Sequence record: PP488543.1
From: Escherichia phage BP9
DNA length: 64,000 nt
Reading direction: 5' to 3' (one strand)
Shown: positions 20,001 through 28,638 of the stretch, one piece after another
Position numbering within the stretch: the stretch's first letter is position 1
How the letters are laid out: the number at the start of each line of letters is the position of its first letter
Program-made: the position numbers and the translations under genes
The notes under the pieces: generated by a model
Seen by the model: only the letters and a program-made list of their open reading frames with translations
Told to the model about the DNA's origin: nothing
Database searches by the model: none

Positions 20001-21152
20001 ATTACTGGGTTGGACAATAAGCTGACTCAGACGAAGAAAGACTTGTCTGCGAATATTTCTGAAACTAATAACGCCACTGTTGATCTGATTAACGGCACAG
20101 CGTCAGCTATTCGTCAAGAACTTGCTGTTGCTAAGCAGGAGATCATTGATGGTGTTGGCGATGTGTCCGAGATCAGGGCTGCAGTAGCTACAACAGCTAA
20201 GGCTGTGACCGACTTAGAGGGTAAAGTAAATGCTCAGTGGGGTACAAAAATACAGGTAGACTCCGCAGGGAATAAATATGTTGCAGGTATCCAGTTGGGG
20301 ATGGAAGGGTCTGGGGGCCAAGTTCAATCCTACTTCATGGTTAGTGCAAACAATTTTGCGGTATACAATCCTGGCAATGGAACAGCAACCCTTGCTTTCG
20401 CAATCAAGAACAACCAAGCGTTCTTGAAAGACGCTTTTATAGAGAATGGCACGATCTCCTCTGCCAAGATCGCACAAGAAATTTCGTCAAACAACTACGA
20501 TGGCAACGGGTACCATAAATACGGTTGGTATATTAACAAGAACGGGCACGCCCAATTTATGGATGTGTGGGTGAAAGGCAACATCAACGCCAGTTCTGGT
20601 AACTTCACAGGGGCAGTTAACGCCACTAGTGGTACCTTCCGTGGGGATGTTTATGCCAATAATGGTAGCTTTAGAGGCACCATAGATGCAACCGGAGGTA
20701 CCTTCCGTGGTCGTGTAGAAGCTTCTGTTATCCGTGCCAACCAGTTCGAAGGTGCAATTGTTGCACACAGGACTTACGGGGATTGTGCTCCAGTATATAA
20801 CTCTCAGCAAAGGGTTTGCCGTTGGAGGTGGAGATACGTAGATAACGTTTCAGGTCAGGGTAAGAACGTAACATTCTTCTTTAAACTGAACGGTACTCTT
20901 GCCAGCTCCCAACTGAATGCATGGATAGCTGGTCATCAGATCCTTGCTGGCAAGAAGTATTTTAACGACAACAACGGCATGTGTGCGGTAGGGATAACAG
21001 GTCTGGGTGAACAAACTATAGACATTGTTATCGAGATTTACACACCGTGGTCAACGTCGAGCGTGACAGGTGTCACAATCTCCTGTCCCACTGTGATAGT
21101 AAGTCGTTCAAACTCTAGCTTCCAGGGACCTTGGAACGAGTCTCACGACTAA
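17007..21152 (+). CDS. lambda J-like host specificity / central tail fibre protein (1381 aa) with internal coiled-coil repeat insert
   Basis: Segment ILDYLRTYLKCPDETINWESFKEAANICDEAV...RYTINGEFDMDEAPASIMAEMLKACGADL parallels the lambda J Phage-tail_3 core (AWCLWDMLTHPRYGMG...DKWALYVIGQYCDQSV...RITCNAYL). Further matches: APEAPVSVEVKQGYFAITLIPH versus lambda [23 protein letters not shown], and KIQVDSAGNKYVAGIQLGMEGS versus lambda [21 protein letters not shown]. Confidence 0.8.
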   Translation: MPIAMIDNIVASARSSSYDWNASKAALADSLNTVTTRTLDKIFEGNKSYRSQQDRQKLLRSSAAPCSVVYGKTRTSGLLAFLEQDRDKTLHCAIVLANHPLEGIEDILIDGNPISSYGDLVSWELHNDRKTADPFMGTHCPSWSPDMIGRGISWLRASFKFDPNKFPFGLPNVTLVKVGKKCYDPRISKEVYTNNASLVILDYLRTYLKCPDETINWESFKEAANICDEAVKNADGTSERRYTINGEFDMDEAPASIMAEMLKACGADLSYVAGKYGLLVGAYYGPATMTLSEDCVCGEVKIYPEASFDKRSNTITGRFTSPTKGYSETDFPSVFVPEWIEKDGERKIIDIDYRFVTSPYQAQRVSAIFLRRARAGRIIEVTCNMRGFKFKPGRYVTMNLPSIGIVGQEMRVLEWEFTKKGGVKVKLRQDAKEWNDATGQLPDSGDVDIPISPSGVAQPQNFRYSVLQAGEITHGVLAWDNVGTYAQNIVQVRKNGEIVWTAQTVEQFVRVEGLTKGSYTATVVATSYKGGVSPEAYCEFNIQAPEAPVSVEVKQGYFAITLIPHSRDLASVSTQYDFWTSGMTRLPDTSDATVTSNATRMGVGSTWTSEGLQNDKVYYWYIRTTNAFGSSQFVECAARCYTSIEDLMPQIDAEFKKTETYKELMSTLDSSIEEVENRVTELNRYMDGRVDEAFDHMEGEFSRVDKLYAQLGDRVGIFIQETHDNFQDVNGTLTTLDQKLVATQNKFADDLSKESGKLASLIQTTNKATTDLLNQKTEALDEKIVSTRGELEDALAQESSELNSLIVSTNKTTTDLLNRKTEALDNKLTATKGELTNNLQNESAKLSSLIESTNKSTTDLLNKKTEALDEKLVAAQGELTEQIGDVEKGYLAGDKSLEGKLNTQRSELDASILSTNQATVDLLNRTSETLDQKISQTNATVSKNYTTLDGKINTAKSDLNTLISTTNKATTDLLNQKTAALTEQLTTAKGQITTNTNNITGLDNKLTQTKKDLSANISETNNATVDLINGTASAIRQELAVAKQEIIDGVGDVSEIRAAVATTAKAVTDLEGKVNAQWGTKIQVDSAGNKYVAGIQLGMEGSGGQVQSYFMVSANNFAVYNPGNGTATLAFAIKNNQAFLKDAFIENGTISSAKIAQEISSNNYDGNGYHKYGWYINKNGHAQFMDVWVKGNINASSGNFTGAVNATSGTFRGDVYANNGSFRGTIDATGGTFRGRVEASVIRANQFEGAIVAHRTYGDCAPVYNSQQRVCRWRWRYVDNVSGQGKNVTFFFKLNGTLASSQLNAWIAGHQILAGKKYFNDNNGMCAVGITGLGEQTIDIVIEIYTPWSTSSVTGVTISCPTVIVSRSNSSFQGPWNESHD
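19240..20180 (+). repeat. tandem ~40-45-aa coiled-coil repeats (about 6-7 units) inside the J-like gene
   Basis: Recurring unit S(L/I)I.STNK(A/T)TTDLLN.KTEALD.KL....GEL seen repeatedly in the translation, with corresponding DNA periodicity. Confidence 0.7.
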
Positions 21153-21160
21153 CCTTTAAA

Positions 21161-21188
21161 GCCCCGCTTCGGCGGGGTTTATTTTTAT
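21161..21188 (+). terminator. rho-independent terminator (gccccgc-UUCG-gcggggt + T-run)
   Basis: Hairpin with ttcg loop followed by ttatttttat, 9 bp after the J-like stop. Confidence 0.8.
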
Positions 21189-21195
21189 GCTCAGA

Positions 21196-21224
21196 TTGAC
21201 TATTGTTACAAAATTTGGTAAAAT
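21196..21224 (+). promoter_or_regulatory. sigma70-type promoter with extended -10 (TTGACT-17 bp-TGgTAAAAT)
   Basis: -35 TTGACT at 21196-21201, -10 TAAAAT at 21219-21224, TG at -15/-14. Confidence 0.6.
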
Positions 21225-21257
21225 ACCTTGTAGAGATTTTCATACCGGAGGAGTGAC

Positions 21258-22748
21258 GTGGCTAAGTATGGATTGACAGAGGCTGGTTTCGTTATACCAA
21301 CCCTAAATGACCTAATCGTTGAAACTAAGCAAAGCCTGATCCGTGCTTTTGGCGAAAACTTCAACGTACAGAGTAACTCCGTTGCAGATAAGCTGACCAC
21401 TATCTTCAACGAGCGAGAGTATCAACTTATTCTTATGGCAGCATCTGTATACGCATCACAGACGCTGTATGGGGCAGAAGGTATTTACCTAGATGAGCTT
21501 CTTGGAAGACAGGGTATTTACCGAAGAGGCCGTTCTAAATCATCAGGTACCTGCCAGTTGACAATCAACACAACTGTGCCGTACAATATGATTTATGATT
21601 CCAAAACTTATACGCTGGACAGTGGCAACTTTGTTCTTAGCAACGATGTGCAAGTAGCAGGGAATCTTATTGCTCACAGAATAAATGCTCCAGACCTAAG
21701 GATTGGGAAATACAACTTCCAAATTACCAACCAGACAGATGGAAGTATCAAAACAAAAAGCCTGGTTTTAACAGATAAGTCTCTGGACTCTTCTGATTTG
21801 CCAAGCTTTTACGGAGAGATTAAGCAATTCATTGTCGATAATACAACCCTGTTGAACGACGATTTGATTCAGATCGATATGTTGACAGGGACGTTGTGGA
21901 TAGGGTACAATTCAAATCTTGATCAAGTTGGACTTAATAGCAGAGTAGATTTCAGAGTATCCCCGATTGTAGGGGAAAGAACTATCACACTGGATGTTAT
22001 CGCTAACGAGGCTGGTGAGCTGTCAAGAGAAGCAGAAACCGTGACAACAATGTCGCCTACTCCTAGTGGATTTATCAAGCTTACCAACCGAGAAAGATTC
22101 AATGAGGGCAGGGATGTTGAGAAAGACTCAGAGTATCGCTTAAGAGCTTCCAGCACAAAACAGTTAACATCGAAGGCTACCCGTCCTGCAATCCTTAGCG
22201 CTGTAAGCGAGGTAAAAGGTGTTGAGAAAGTGAGAGTGTTCTCCAACAACACCGATAAAACTGATGCTAAAGGTATACCTCCTTACAAGTTCCAAGTGGT
22301 TGTGTTTGGTGGTGCAACGGAGGACATTTGCCAAGCACTTTACCAAACTATAGCCTGTACGAACAGGACTTATGGTAATATTTTCTACGATATCACTACA
22401 TCTGACGGTCAAACTGAAAGAATTTATTACTCCAGGGCAAATACCTACCGCCTAGATGTAAGAATTACCTATTCCGGCGCTGCGCTTTCCACAACCGAAA
22501 AAGATGCCATTGTAGAGGCTCTTTTGCAGGTTGTTAACGGACTTGATGTTGCAGATACGTTGTACAATATCCAATTGGTCGGTGCTGCATCCGCTGCTGT
22601 GTCGATAGGTAGATTTAATAGACTGGTAATTCAAGTTAAACCAGTAGGAGCTTCTGATGAAGCTTACACGACAAACGATATTGTTGCGAACATGACCGAG
22701 GTGTTTGACCTCGACGAAAGTAATATAACTTTCCAACAAACTATTTAA
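21258..22748 (+). CDS. putative baseplate wedge protein (baseplate J / gp6-like)
   Basis: GTG start with GGAGG Shine-Dalgarno. N-terminus MAKYGLTEAGFVIPTLNDL...FGENFNV resembles the N-terminal pattern of baseplate J-family proteins as I recall it; downstream partner of a gpI-like position. Not verified. Confidence 0.4.
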   Translation: MAKYGLTEAGFVIPTLNDLIVETKQSLIRAFGENFNVQSNSVADKLTTIFNEREYQLILMAASVYASQTLYGAEGIYLDELLGRQGIYRRGRSKSSGTCQLTINTTVPYNMIYDSKTYTLDSGNFVLSNDVQVAGNLIAHRINAPDLRIGKYNFQITNQTDGSIKTKSLVLTDKSLDSSDLPSFYGEIKQFIVDNTTLLNDDLIQIDMLTGTLWIGYNSNLDQVGLNSRVDFRVSPIVGERTITLDVIANEAGELSREAETVTTMSPTPSGFIKLTNRERFNEGRDVEKDSEYRLRASSTKQLTSKATRPAILSAVSEVKGVEKVRVFSNNTDKTDAKGIPPYKFQVVVFGGATEDICQALYQTIACTNRTYGNIFYDITTSDGQTERIYYSRANTYRLDVRITYSGAALSTTEKDAIVEALLQVVNGLDVADTLYNIQLVGAASAAVSIGRFNRLVIQVKPVGASDEAYTTNDIVANMTEVFDLDESNITFQQTI

Positions 22749-22759
22749 GGCGGCGAGAT

Positions 22760-23446
22760 ATGGCAGAGATTAAGTCGGATGTTAACCACATCCACACTCT
22801 GCCAGATTTTGTTCAGGGAGGTCTTGACTACCTACCTGGAGATTTTCTGGCTGAGAAGGTTAATTTAGTCACATTCTTAACCGTATACCTTAAAAGGTTG
22901 GAGGATGTTGATAAGATGCTGGTAGGTTTGGCTGAAGGAAGATTGCTTAACAATGCCAGCGGAAGATACCTTGACGAAGTTGGTAATCAATTTGGTATTC
23001 TTAGGAATGGACTTTCAGATGCTGATTTTCGTGCCACACTAATTATTCAGCAGGCCGCAGCATCAAGGGGCGGGACTCGCGAAGATGTCATCTCCACCTT
23101 GCGACAATTGTTCGGAAGAGACAATTTCGATACGTGGAAAGGAGACAACTTCAGGTTTGACATAAATATTAGAAAAACTTGCTTTGACATATTGCAGTCT
23201 ATCGATCAGATCTTAGATATGCTACCATTGCCTTGTCATTTGCGTCTTACAGAATCGCAAGGGCAAGCTTTTGGTTTTGAAGGGGACTCTACAGCTCTTG
23301 GCTTCGGATCGGTGTGGGAAGAAAACCAATTCGGAGTTGGTGGGCTGGCTACTTTGCTGTATGTTCCTGACGTAAGACCTGATTGGGACACCACAACCAT
23401 TTATTGTGAAAGTATTACAGTAAACGCAACTAGACAGGAGGGTTAA
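22760..23446 (+). CDS. baseplate/fibre-associated protein of unknown function (gpI-like position)
   Basis: Position between the putative baseplate J gene and the first distal fibre gene; no motif recognised. Confidence 0.25.
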   Translation: MAEIKSDVNHIHTLPDFVQGGLDYLPGDFLAEKVNLVTFLTVYLKRLEDVDKMLVGLAEGRLLNNASGRYLDEVGNQFGILRNGLSDADFRATLIIQQAAASRGGTREDVISTLRQLFGRDNFDTWKGDNFRFDINIRKTCFDILQSIDQILDMLPLPCHLRLTESQGQAFGFEGDSTALGFGSVWEENQFGVGGLATLLYVPDVRPDWDTTTIYCESITVNATRQEG

Positions 23447-25518
23447 TGGCAACAGCTGTTTTTAAACCTTACCGTGATTACTCTACAATGGCTGCACAGT
23501 TTCATTACCGAACAGTTCAGGATACTGCCGTTCCTGGTAGGGATTATAATCATGTTGAGGGCGATGTAACTATCCCAATTGGGGCAACCAGTATTGAAAT
23601 CCCAGTGGAAATTGTTGACAAATTACCCAACAGGTTACCAAGAAGCTTCTTTATGGAGTTTTCATCAAAATCTCAAGGGGTGATGATTGGGACACAAAGG
23701 GCAAAATGTACAATAGTTTCAGATGAGAATCTTGACAGGATATCTTGGGATACTGTTGAGGAGAGAATGTTTCACCCAAGATATTGGGTTACAACCACCC
23801 AGCAGACTGAAAGTACCTGTATTGTTGCAGATGACAACTGTTGTATTAACCGTTTAGTGTCAAGAACATATGGGGGTATGGCTGGGTGCATTTGGGAAAC
23901 AGTTGACAAGTATGACCATTTCGGTATTGGGTTTGATGATCACTATGAGATGAGAAATACCAAGCTTTGGTTCAGAATGTCAATAACCAATGCCAGCAAC
24001 TTCTCCACTCCTGAAAAGATGATTATGACTGTAGACCTTGTTGATGGCACAATCATCTATGTTCCTTTAGCTCAATATGCTGTCAGCATCTCAGAGGATA
24101 AGAATGTTGCAGAAATTCATATTGATTTTGAGGACTGCGTCGGGATGGACCAGAACAACAACATGATGGGTGTTGATCCTCGGCAGGTGAGAAGGATTTT
24201 AATACCGCTCATGCCTAAAGACTGGGTAAGTAATAGCACAGACCCGAGAACGGAAAATGTAGAGTGCGAGTTGCGCTTAGACCTGCTTCAGCCAGACACA
24301 GGTTGGAAAATGATGCAACTTAACAATATTCAGGTTAAAGAGCACGACGTTGGGATCTGCACTGCATATGACGATATGTGGAACGTATCCCCTTTAAGGG
24401 TGTTGAACAATATCAAGCGTCTGGGCTATACCGGAACCATAAACCATTATGTTGGTATGAGTCATTATTATGACTACACGTGGTCAGGAACCCAATGGTC
24501 TATAAACAGAACAGGGGCGCTAAACGCTGCAGCTTATAAATGGCATGATGATTTTATGTACAATGCCAAACGACATAACTTCGACGTTATGCAGTCTGTA
24601 AGTTTTGAGCTTTACAGCGATGCCTGCCCGTTGGAATGGACCCAAAGAGACTGGAACGATAACTACGCTAAAACAGGGTATACACCTTGTAGCTACCTCC
24701 TGTCTCCAACCATTGAAGAGGGTATGAATTTCCTTACTGCAGTATTTAAGAATTTTGCATCAGCCGCTATGAGAAACAACCTGCCAGTGATTATGCAGGT
24801 TGGTGAACCGTGGTGGTGGTACAATACCGATACTCGTAGACCTTGTATTTATGATTACCCTACAAAACAGGCGTTTTATGATGAGACAGGCGAGTATGCA
24901 TTAGATATTGGGACTATTGACGATCCTAAAACTGGCGGTGTTTACGATAAGTATGTAGCATTTTGTCGTGGTAAGCTTGGCGCTCGTATTGCGGCTATTT
25001 CAAAGGCAATAAAGGCACACGCTGCATCAGCTCAGATGACAGCTCTGCTGTTTTTCCCAACCATTATGGAAACCGAGCTTACGCAAAAGCTTAACCTTGC
25101 TGACCAATATAAAAAGGAAGCAGGTGCTCTTGATTTCTTCTGCACCGAGTGCTACGATTGGGTGATGCAGGGAGGTATTGAAAAGGCAAAAGAGTCTGTA
25201 AACATACCTATCGTTAAGTTAGGTTGGCAACCGTCTGAAATACAATACCTTGCAGGGTTCGTTCCTAGCAAAGAGCTTGCTCCGGTATATGGCTACGACC
25301 CAACCAGGAATTACCAAGAATTCTTATGGAGATGTATCTGCGGAAACATGGCAACTATAGAGTATAGATACCCTGAGGTAAAACAGTATGTGTGGGCATA
25401 CCCGCAAGTAATGTCTGACAGCATTACTGTTACCGCTAGAGATTCTACCGTGCTTCATATGGGGCAGGTTGCTCTGAAAGGGTATGTAGAGGATGTTGTC
25501 CCGCCAGACTTCTCATAA
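23446..25518 (+). CDS. putative tailspike/depolymerase: N-terminal Calx-beta-like domain plus TIM-barrel glycoside-hydrolase-like domain (690 aa)
   Basis: N-terminal DYNHVEGDVTIPIGATSIEIPVEIVD resembles Calx-beta; central/C-terminal region has a GEPWWWY segment reminiscent of the NEP acid/base motif of clan GH-A hydrolases. Confidence 0.35.
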   Translation: MATAVFKPYRDYSTMAAQFHYRTVQDTAVPGRDYNHVEGDVTIPIGATSIEIPVEIVDKLPNRLPRSFFMEFSSKSQGVMIGTQRAKCTIVSDENLDRISWDTVEERMFHPRYWVTTTQQTESTCIVADDNCCINRLVSRTYGGMAGCIWETVDKYDHFGIGFDDHYEMRNTKLWFRMSITNASNFSTPEKMIMTVDLVDGTIIYVPLAQYAVSISEDKNVAEIHIDFEDCVGMDQNNNMMGVDPRQVRRILIPLMPKDWVSNSTDPRTENVECELRLDLLQPDTGWKMMQLNNIQVKEHDVGICTAYDDMWNVSPLRVLNNIKRLGYTGTINHYVGMSHYYDYTWSGTQWSINRTGALNAAAYKWHDDFMYNAKRHNFDVMQSVSFELYSDACPLEWTQRDWNDNYAKTGYTPCSYLLSPTIEEGMNFLTAVFKNFASAAMRNNLPVIMQVGEPWWWYNTDTRRPCIYDYPTKQAFYDETGEYALDIGTIDDPKTGGVYDKYVAFCRGKLGARIAAISKAIKAHAASAQMTALLFFPTIMETELTQKLNLADQYKKEAGALDFFCTECYDWVMQGGIEKAKESVNIPIVKLGWQPSEIQYLAGFVPSKELAPVYGYDPTRNYQEFLWRCICGNMATIEYRYPEVKQYVWAYPQVMSDSITVTARDSTVLHMGQVALKGYVEDVVPPDFS

Positions 25519-25530
25519 TCAGGAGATAAA

Positions 25531-26571
25531 ATGTCAAAACCTAGTTTTCCATTAGAGATTTGGGCAGAGGAGGATCAGGTTCTGCCTAACACCCACAGAC
25601 AGAACAGGCTACGCCCGATTGATGATTTGTGGAGAAAAGGTTGGGATCTTGGTCAAAAGCCCTCATGTGAAGAACTTAACTATATTTTCAATATGCTCGG
25701 AACTTGGGCAAAATACATTGCTGACGAGCAGATCCCCGCTCAAGAAGGCCGTTATCTGGTACGTGATAATAACTTGAGTGATCTTTTGAACATCCCTGTT
25801 GCCCGTAGAAACCTTGGGATTATTACCAAGGAAGAGGCAGACGCCAGGTATGTAAAAGTTACAGGTGATACAATGACAGGCCCGTTGGGTTTGCAACGTA
25901 TCAACTTTAAAGCTGCCGAGACAGATAAGGCTTGGATAGAGACAACTATTGGCCCAGATAAGACAACTCTCGACTTCGGGTTAAGTGATAATATTGGGTC
26001 GTTTGATGATGGTGGTACATCTACAGTAGATGCGTTTCGTTGGAGATTCCAGCCAACTCAGCCGGATATTAATCCAGAGTTCACTTTGATGTACCTTAAC
26101 GCGATCACGGCGAACCGTGCGCTGTTGAAAGTGGTAGGCAATGTTGAAGTTGTCGATAACATGAGGTGCAATAACCTTACTATCAGCAATACAGCAACAT
26201 TCACCAACTGTAATGTGGCTAGTCAGTTGACGGCCGGGTCAGTATATGTTAATGGTGGTGCAAGTTGTGACAGCATGGTTGTAAGAAGTCAGCACTGTGT
26301 TGTCGGTAACAGAAATGTGGTTCGCTCTGTGAACGGAGTGACGGCTAACGGTAACGGTGATGTAACGATCACTATCCCGCAGACAGGTGTGCAAGACATC
26401 AGAATCGGTGCAAGACTTGTTGACGGCGTTTCTGAATCTCCAATTCGCAACGGCTACGTTGTCACAGGCTGGCATTTCGGTGACAAAAAAGAGATGCGTG
26501 GTTCAACCTACTGGGCAGGACCTTTACAAAAACTTGTAAATGGTCAATGGATCACTGTTAATTATGCATAG
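25531..26571 (+). CDS. tail fibre protein with P2 gpH / Mu S-like C-terminal receptor-binding region
   Basis: C-terminus ...GWHFGDKKEMRGSTYWAGPLQKLVNGQWITVNYA parallels the P2 gpH end (...AGWHFYSQ...YINGTWYNVAQV); followed by a Tfa gene. Confidence 0.7.
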   Translation: MSKPSFPLEIWAEEDQVLPNTHRQNRLRPIDDLWRKGWDLGQKPSCEELNYIFNMLGTWAKYIADEQIPAQEGRYLVRDNNLSDLLNIPVARRNLGIITKEEADARYVKVTGDTMTGPLGLQRINFKAAETDKAWIETTIGPDKTTLDFGLSDNIGSFDDGGTSTVDAFRWRFQPTQPDINPEFTLMYLNAITANRALLKVVGNVEVVDNMRCNNLTISNTATFTNCNVASQLTAGSVYVNGGASCDSMVVRSQHCVVGNRNVVRSVNGVTANGNGDVTITIPQTGVQDIRIGARLVDGVSESPIRNGYVVTGWHFGDKKEMRGSTYWAGPLQKLVNGQWITVNYA

Positions 26572-26585
26572 ATCGGAGGACTAGC

Positions 26586-27170
26586 ATGAAAATACTTCAA
26601 GAGTTTAAACTTTACCAACCGGGATCTGGCGAATACCACGCCAACAAGGAAACCAAAGAGCTGACCCCTCAAGAGGTTGAGGATTACACCGCATACACTG
26701 GGTATTTTTTACGTAATGATGATGGCGATTGGTATGTGCAGTCACGAACATTACGACAAGAAAATCCGGGTTGTATCTTCCTACTTGTTGACGAGAAGGG
26801 AATTCTTAAGACATCTACAGAAGAACCTGATGCCTTATGGCCTGCTCCAGGTCTTCGTGTGGTTATCGCCAAAAAAGAAGAGGTACCAGAAAACATTATG
26901 CTTCACCACGACGCTTTGCGTTTAGTTGGTGATGAATTTGTCACAGATAATGAATTCTTTGTTCAACAGGCAGAGGGTGTCATAGAGACAGAACTTGCTT
27001 GGGCTACTGCTAGAATTGGTGCCTATCAAGACATGATTGACCTTGAATATGATCTTACTGATGACCAGAAACGTAACATCAGGGATTTGAAAATGTACAG
27101 GGTAAAACTTCTTGAAATAGATACATCTAAAGCCCCTGACATTTTCTTCCCGGAGCGACCTACCCTCTAA
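26586..27170 (+). CDS. tail fibre assembly chaperone (Tfa / P2 gpG-like)
   Basis: C-terminal block QKRNIRDLKMYRVKLLEIDTSKAPDIFFPERP matches the conserved Tfa terminus (..YR..L..VD...AP.I.WPEKP); immediately downstream of a fibre gene. Confidence 0.7.
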   Translation: MKILQEFKLYQPGSGEYHANKETKELTPQEVEDYTAYTGYFLRNDDGDWYVQSRTLRQENPGCIFLLVDEKGILKTSTEEPDALWPAPGLRVVIAKKEEVPENIMLHHDALRLVGDEFVTDNEFFVQQAEGVIETELAWATARIGAYQDMIDLEYDLTDDQKRNIRDLKMYRVKLLEIDTSKAPDIFFPERPTL

Positions 27171-27181
27171 GAGGAGGTGTT

Positions 27182-27496
27182 GTGGAGTTGGATTTGGCGG
27201 CATTGTACGGTATCTGCATGGGTACCGTTGTCCCGATCTGTGTATGGGCTTTCAACCAGTGGCACACCAAATGGAAAGGCATTTCCAAGAGGCTGGATGA
27301 ACTGGAGAAAGACCTCATCTTAGTGAAAAACAGTATGGTTACAAAAGATAAACTTGATTCCGTTATCGAGACCCGGTTAAGCAAGCTAGAGGCCGATATT
27401 AACGACCTTAAGCAGGATGTCAGGACAGATGTCTCCGGCATCAGAGCTGATGTACAAAAGATTTTGCACATGCTTGTAGAGCATAGTAAAAGGTAA
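27182..27496 (+). CDS. small N-terminally membrane-anchored coiled-coil protein (104 aa), function unknown
   Basis: GTG start after GAGGAGG; hydrophobic N-terminus LAALYGICMGTVVPICVWAF followed by heptad-rich sequence; architecture is i-spanin-like, but no partner lipoprotein was seen. Confidence 0.35.
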   Translation: MELDLAALYGICMGTVVPICVWAFNQWHTKWKGISKRLDELEKDLILVKNSMVTKDKLDSVIETRLSKLEADINDLKQDVRTDVSGIRADVQKILHMLVEHSKR

Positions 27497-27505
27497 ACAA
27501 AGGTC

Positions 27506-27540
27506 AGAACGGAAAGGACTCCGTTCTTGCATTTTGTTCT
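27506..27540 (+). terminator. rho-independent terminator
   Basis: agaacgg-aaaggact-ccgttct hairpin followed by a T-rich tract. Confidence 0.55.
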
Positions 27541-27555
27541 CTAAAGTGTTAAAAT
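27527..27555 (+). promoter_or_regulatory. sigma70-type promoter with extended -10 (TTGCAT-17 bp-TGtTAAAAT)
   Basis: -35 at 27527-27532 overlapping the terminator 3' arm; -10 TAAAAT at 27550-27555 with TG upstream. Confidence 0.5.
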
Positions 27556-27582
27556 AGTTCTAAGGAATTTTCTCAGGAGAAC

Positions 27583-28629
27583 GTGATGACTAAACCAGTT
27601 ATCCCTCTTGATATTTGGGCCAATCAGGATGTTGTGCTTGAAAATACGGGAGAGTTGAATAAATCTCAACCAAAAAAAGAAGAGAGATTGAAAGGTTGGG
27701 ATATGACACAAAGAATGGCATGTGAAGTTGTTAACTTTGAACTTCACATGCTTTCTGCGTGGTTGAAGCATTTAACAGAAGATGTTGTCCCTGGATGGGA
27801 TAATAGATTCTTAAGGGTCACTAATAATCTGGCAGACGTTCCAGACAAAGCTGCTGCACGTCAAGTTCTCAATGTATACTCGCCTGAAGAAATGGATGAC
27901 CTTTATGTTGACAAGACTGGAGACACAATGATCCAGACTCAAACTTTAGGTCTTCAAAGGATCGAGTTTGCATCTGCGTCAACAGACAATGCGGCGATAT
28001 ACACCACCATAACTCCAGACAAGACGATGATGGATTTCTGGATTATGGACAACATCGGTGGTGCTGACGGCACAGACCTTGATGACCCTTCTCACCAAAT
28101 AGACGGTTTCCGTTGGAGATTTCAACCTTCTGGTGGGCAGCCTGTGTTTTCGGCTATGAAGCTCAATGCTATAACTGCCAACCGTGCAAGACTGGCTATC
28201 CAAGGAAATCTTGAATGCAATGATGCAAAAAGCTCCTCTGCAAATGCTAATGCGGTAACGATACCAAGAGCCACTGTTAATGGGCAACAATCCTGCGGCA
28301 GCGCTCAAATAGGTGGAAGAGTAGATTGTAACGATAAAACCGCCAGGGGTCAATATGCAACAGTTGGTGGAAGAAACGTGGTCCGCAGGGTAAATGGTAG
28401 TAGCGCAGATAGCAGTGGTAACCTTACTATTCCTATGCCTAGTAGGGGTGTTGAAGATGTAAGGATAGCAAACCGTTTCAGAACCACCTATAGAGAATCA
28501 AGAGTATACCCTGGGCATGTAATGTGCTCCGGCAATTACGCCTATAAACACCCGTATCAGGGCGACTATTGGACTGGAGCTATTCAAAAATTTGTAAACG
28601 GTCAATGGATCACCATATCTTATGCTTAA
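27583..28629 (+). CDS. tail fibre protein, paralogue of 25531..26571 (P2 gpH-like C-terminus)
   Basis: Shared N-terminal (P(V/S)(I/F)PL(D/E)IWA..D.VL.NT) and C-terminal (YWTGAIQKFVNGQWITISYA) blocks with the upstream fibre; probable ATG start at 27586. Confidence 0.7.
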   Translation: MMTKPVIPLDIWANQDVVLENTGELNKSQPKKEERLKGWDMTQRMACEVVNFELHMLSAWLKHLTEDVVPGWDNRFLRVTNNLADVPDKAAARQVLNVYSPEEMDDLYVDKTGDTMIQTQTLGLQRIEFASASTDNAAIYTTITPDKTMMDFWIMDNIGGADGTDLDDPSHQIDGFRWRFQPSGGQPVFSAMKLNAITANRARLAIQGNLECNDAKSSSANANAVTIPRATVNGQQSCGSAQIGGRVDCNDKTARGQYATVGGRNVVRRVNGSSADSSGNLTIPMPSRGVEDVRIANRFRTTYRESRVYPGHVMCSGNYAYKHPYQGDYWTGAIQKFVNGQWITISYA

Positions 28630-28638
28630 AGAGGGTAA

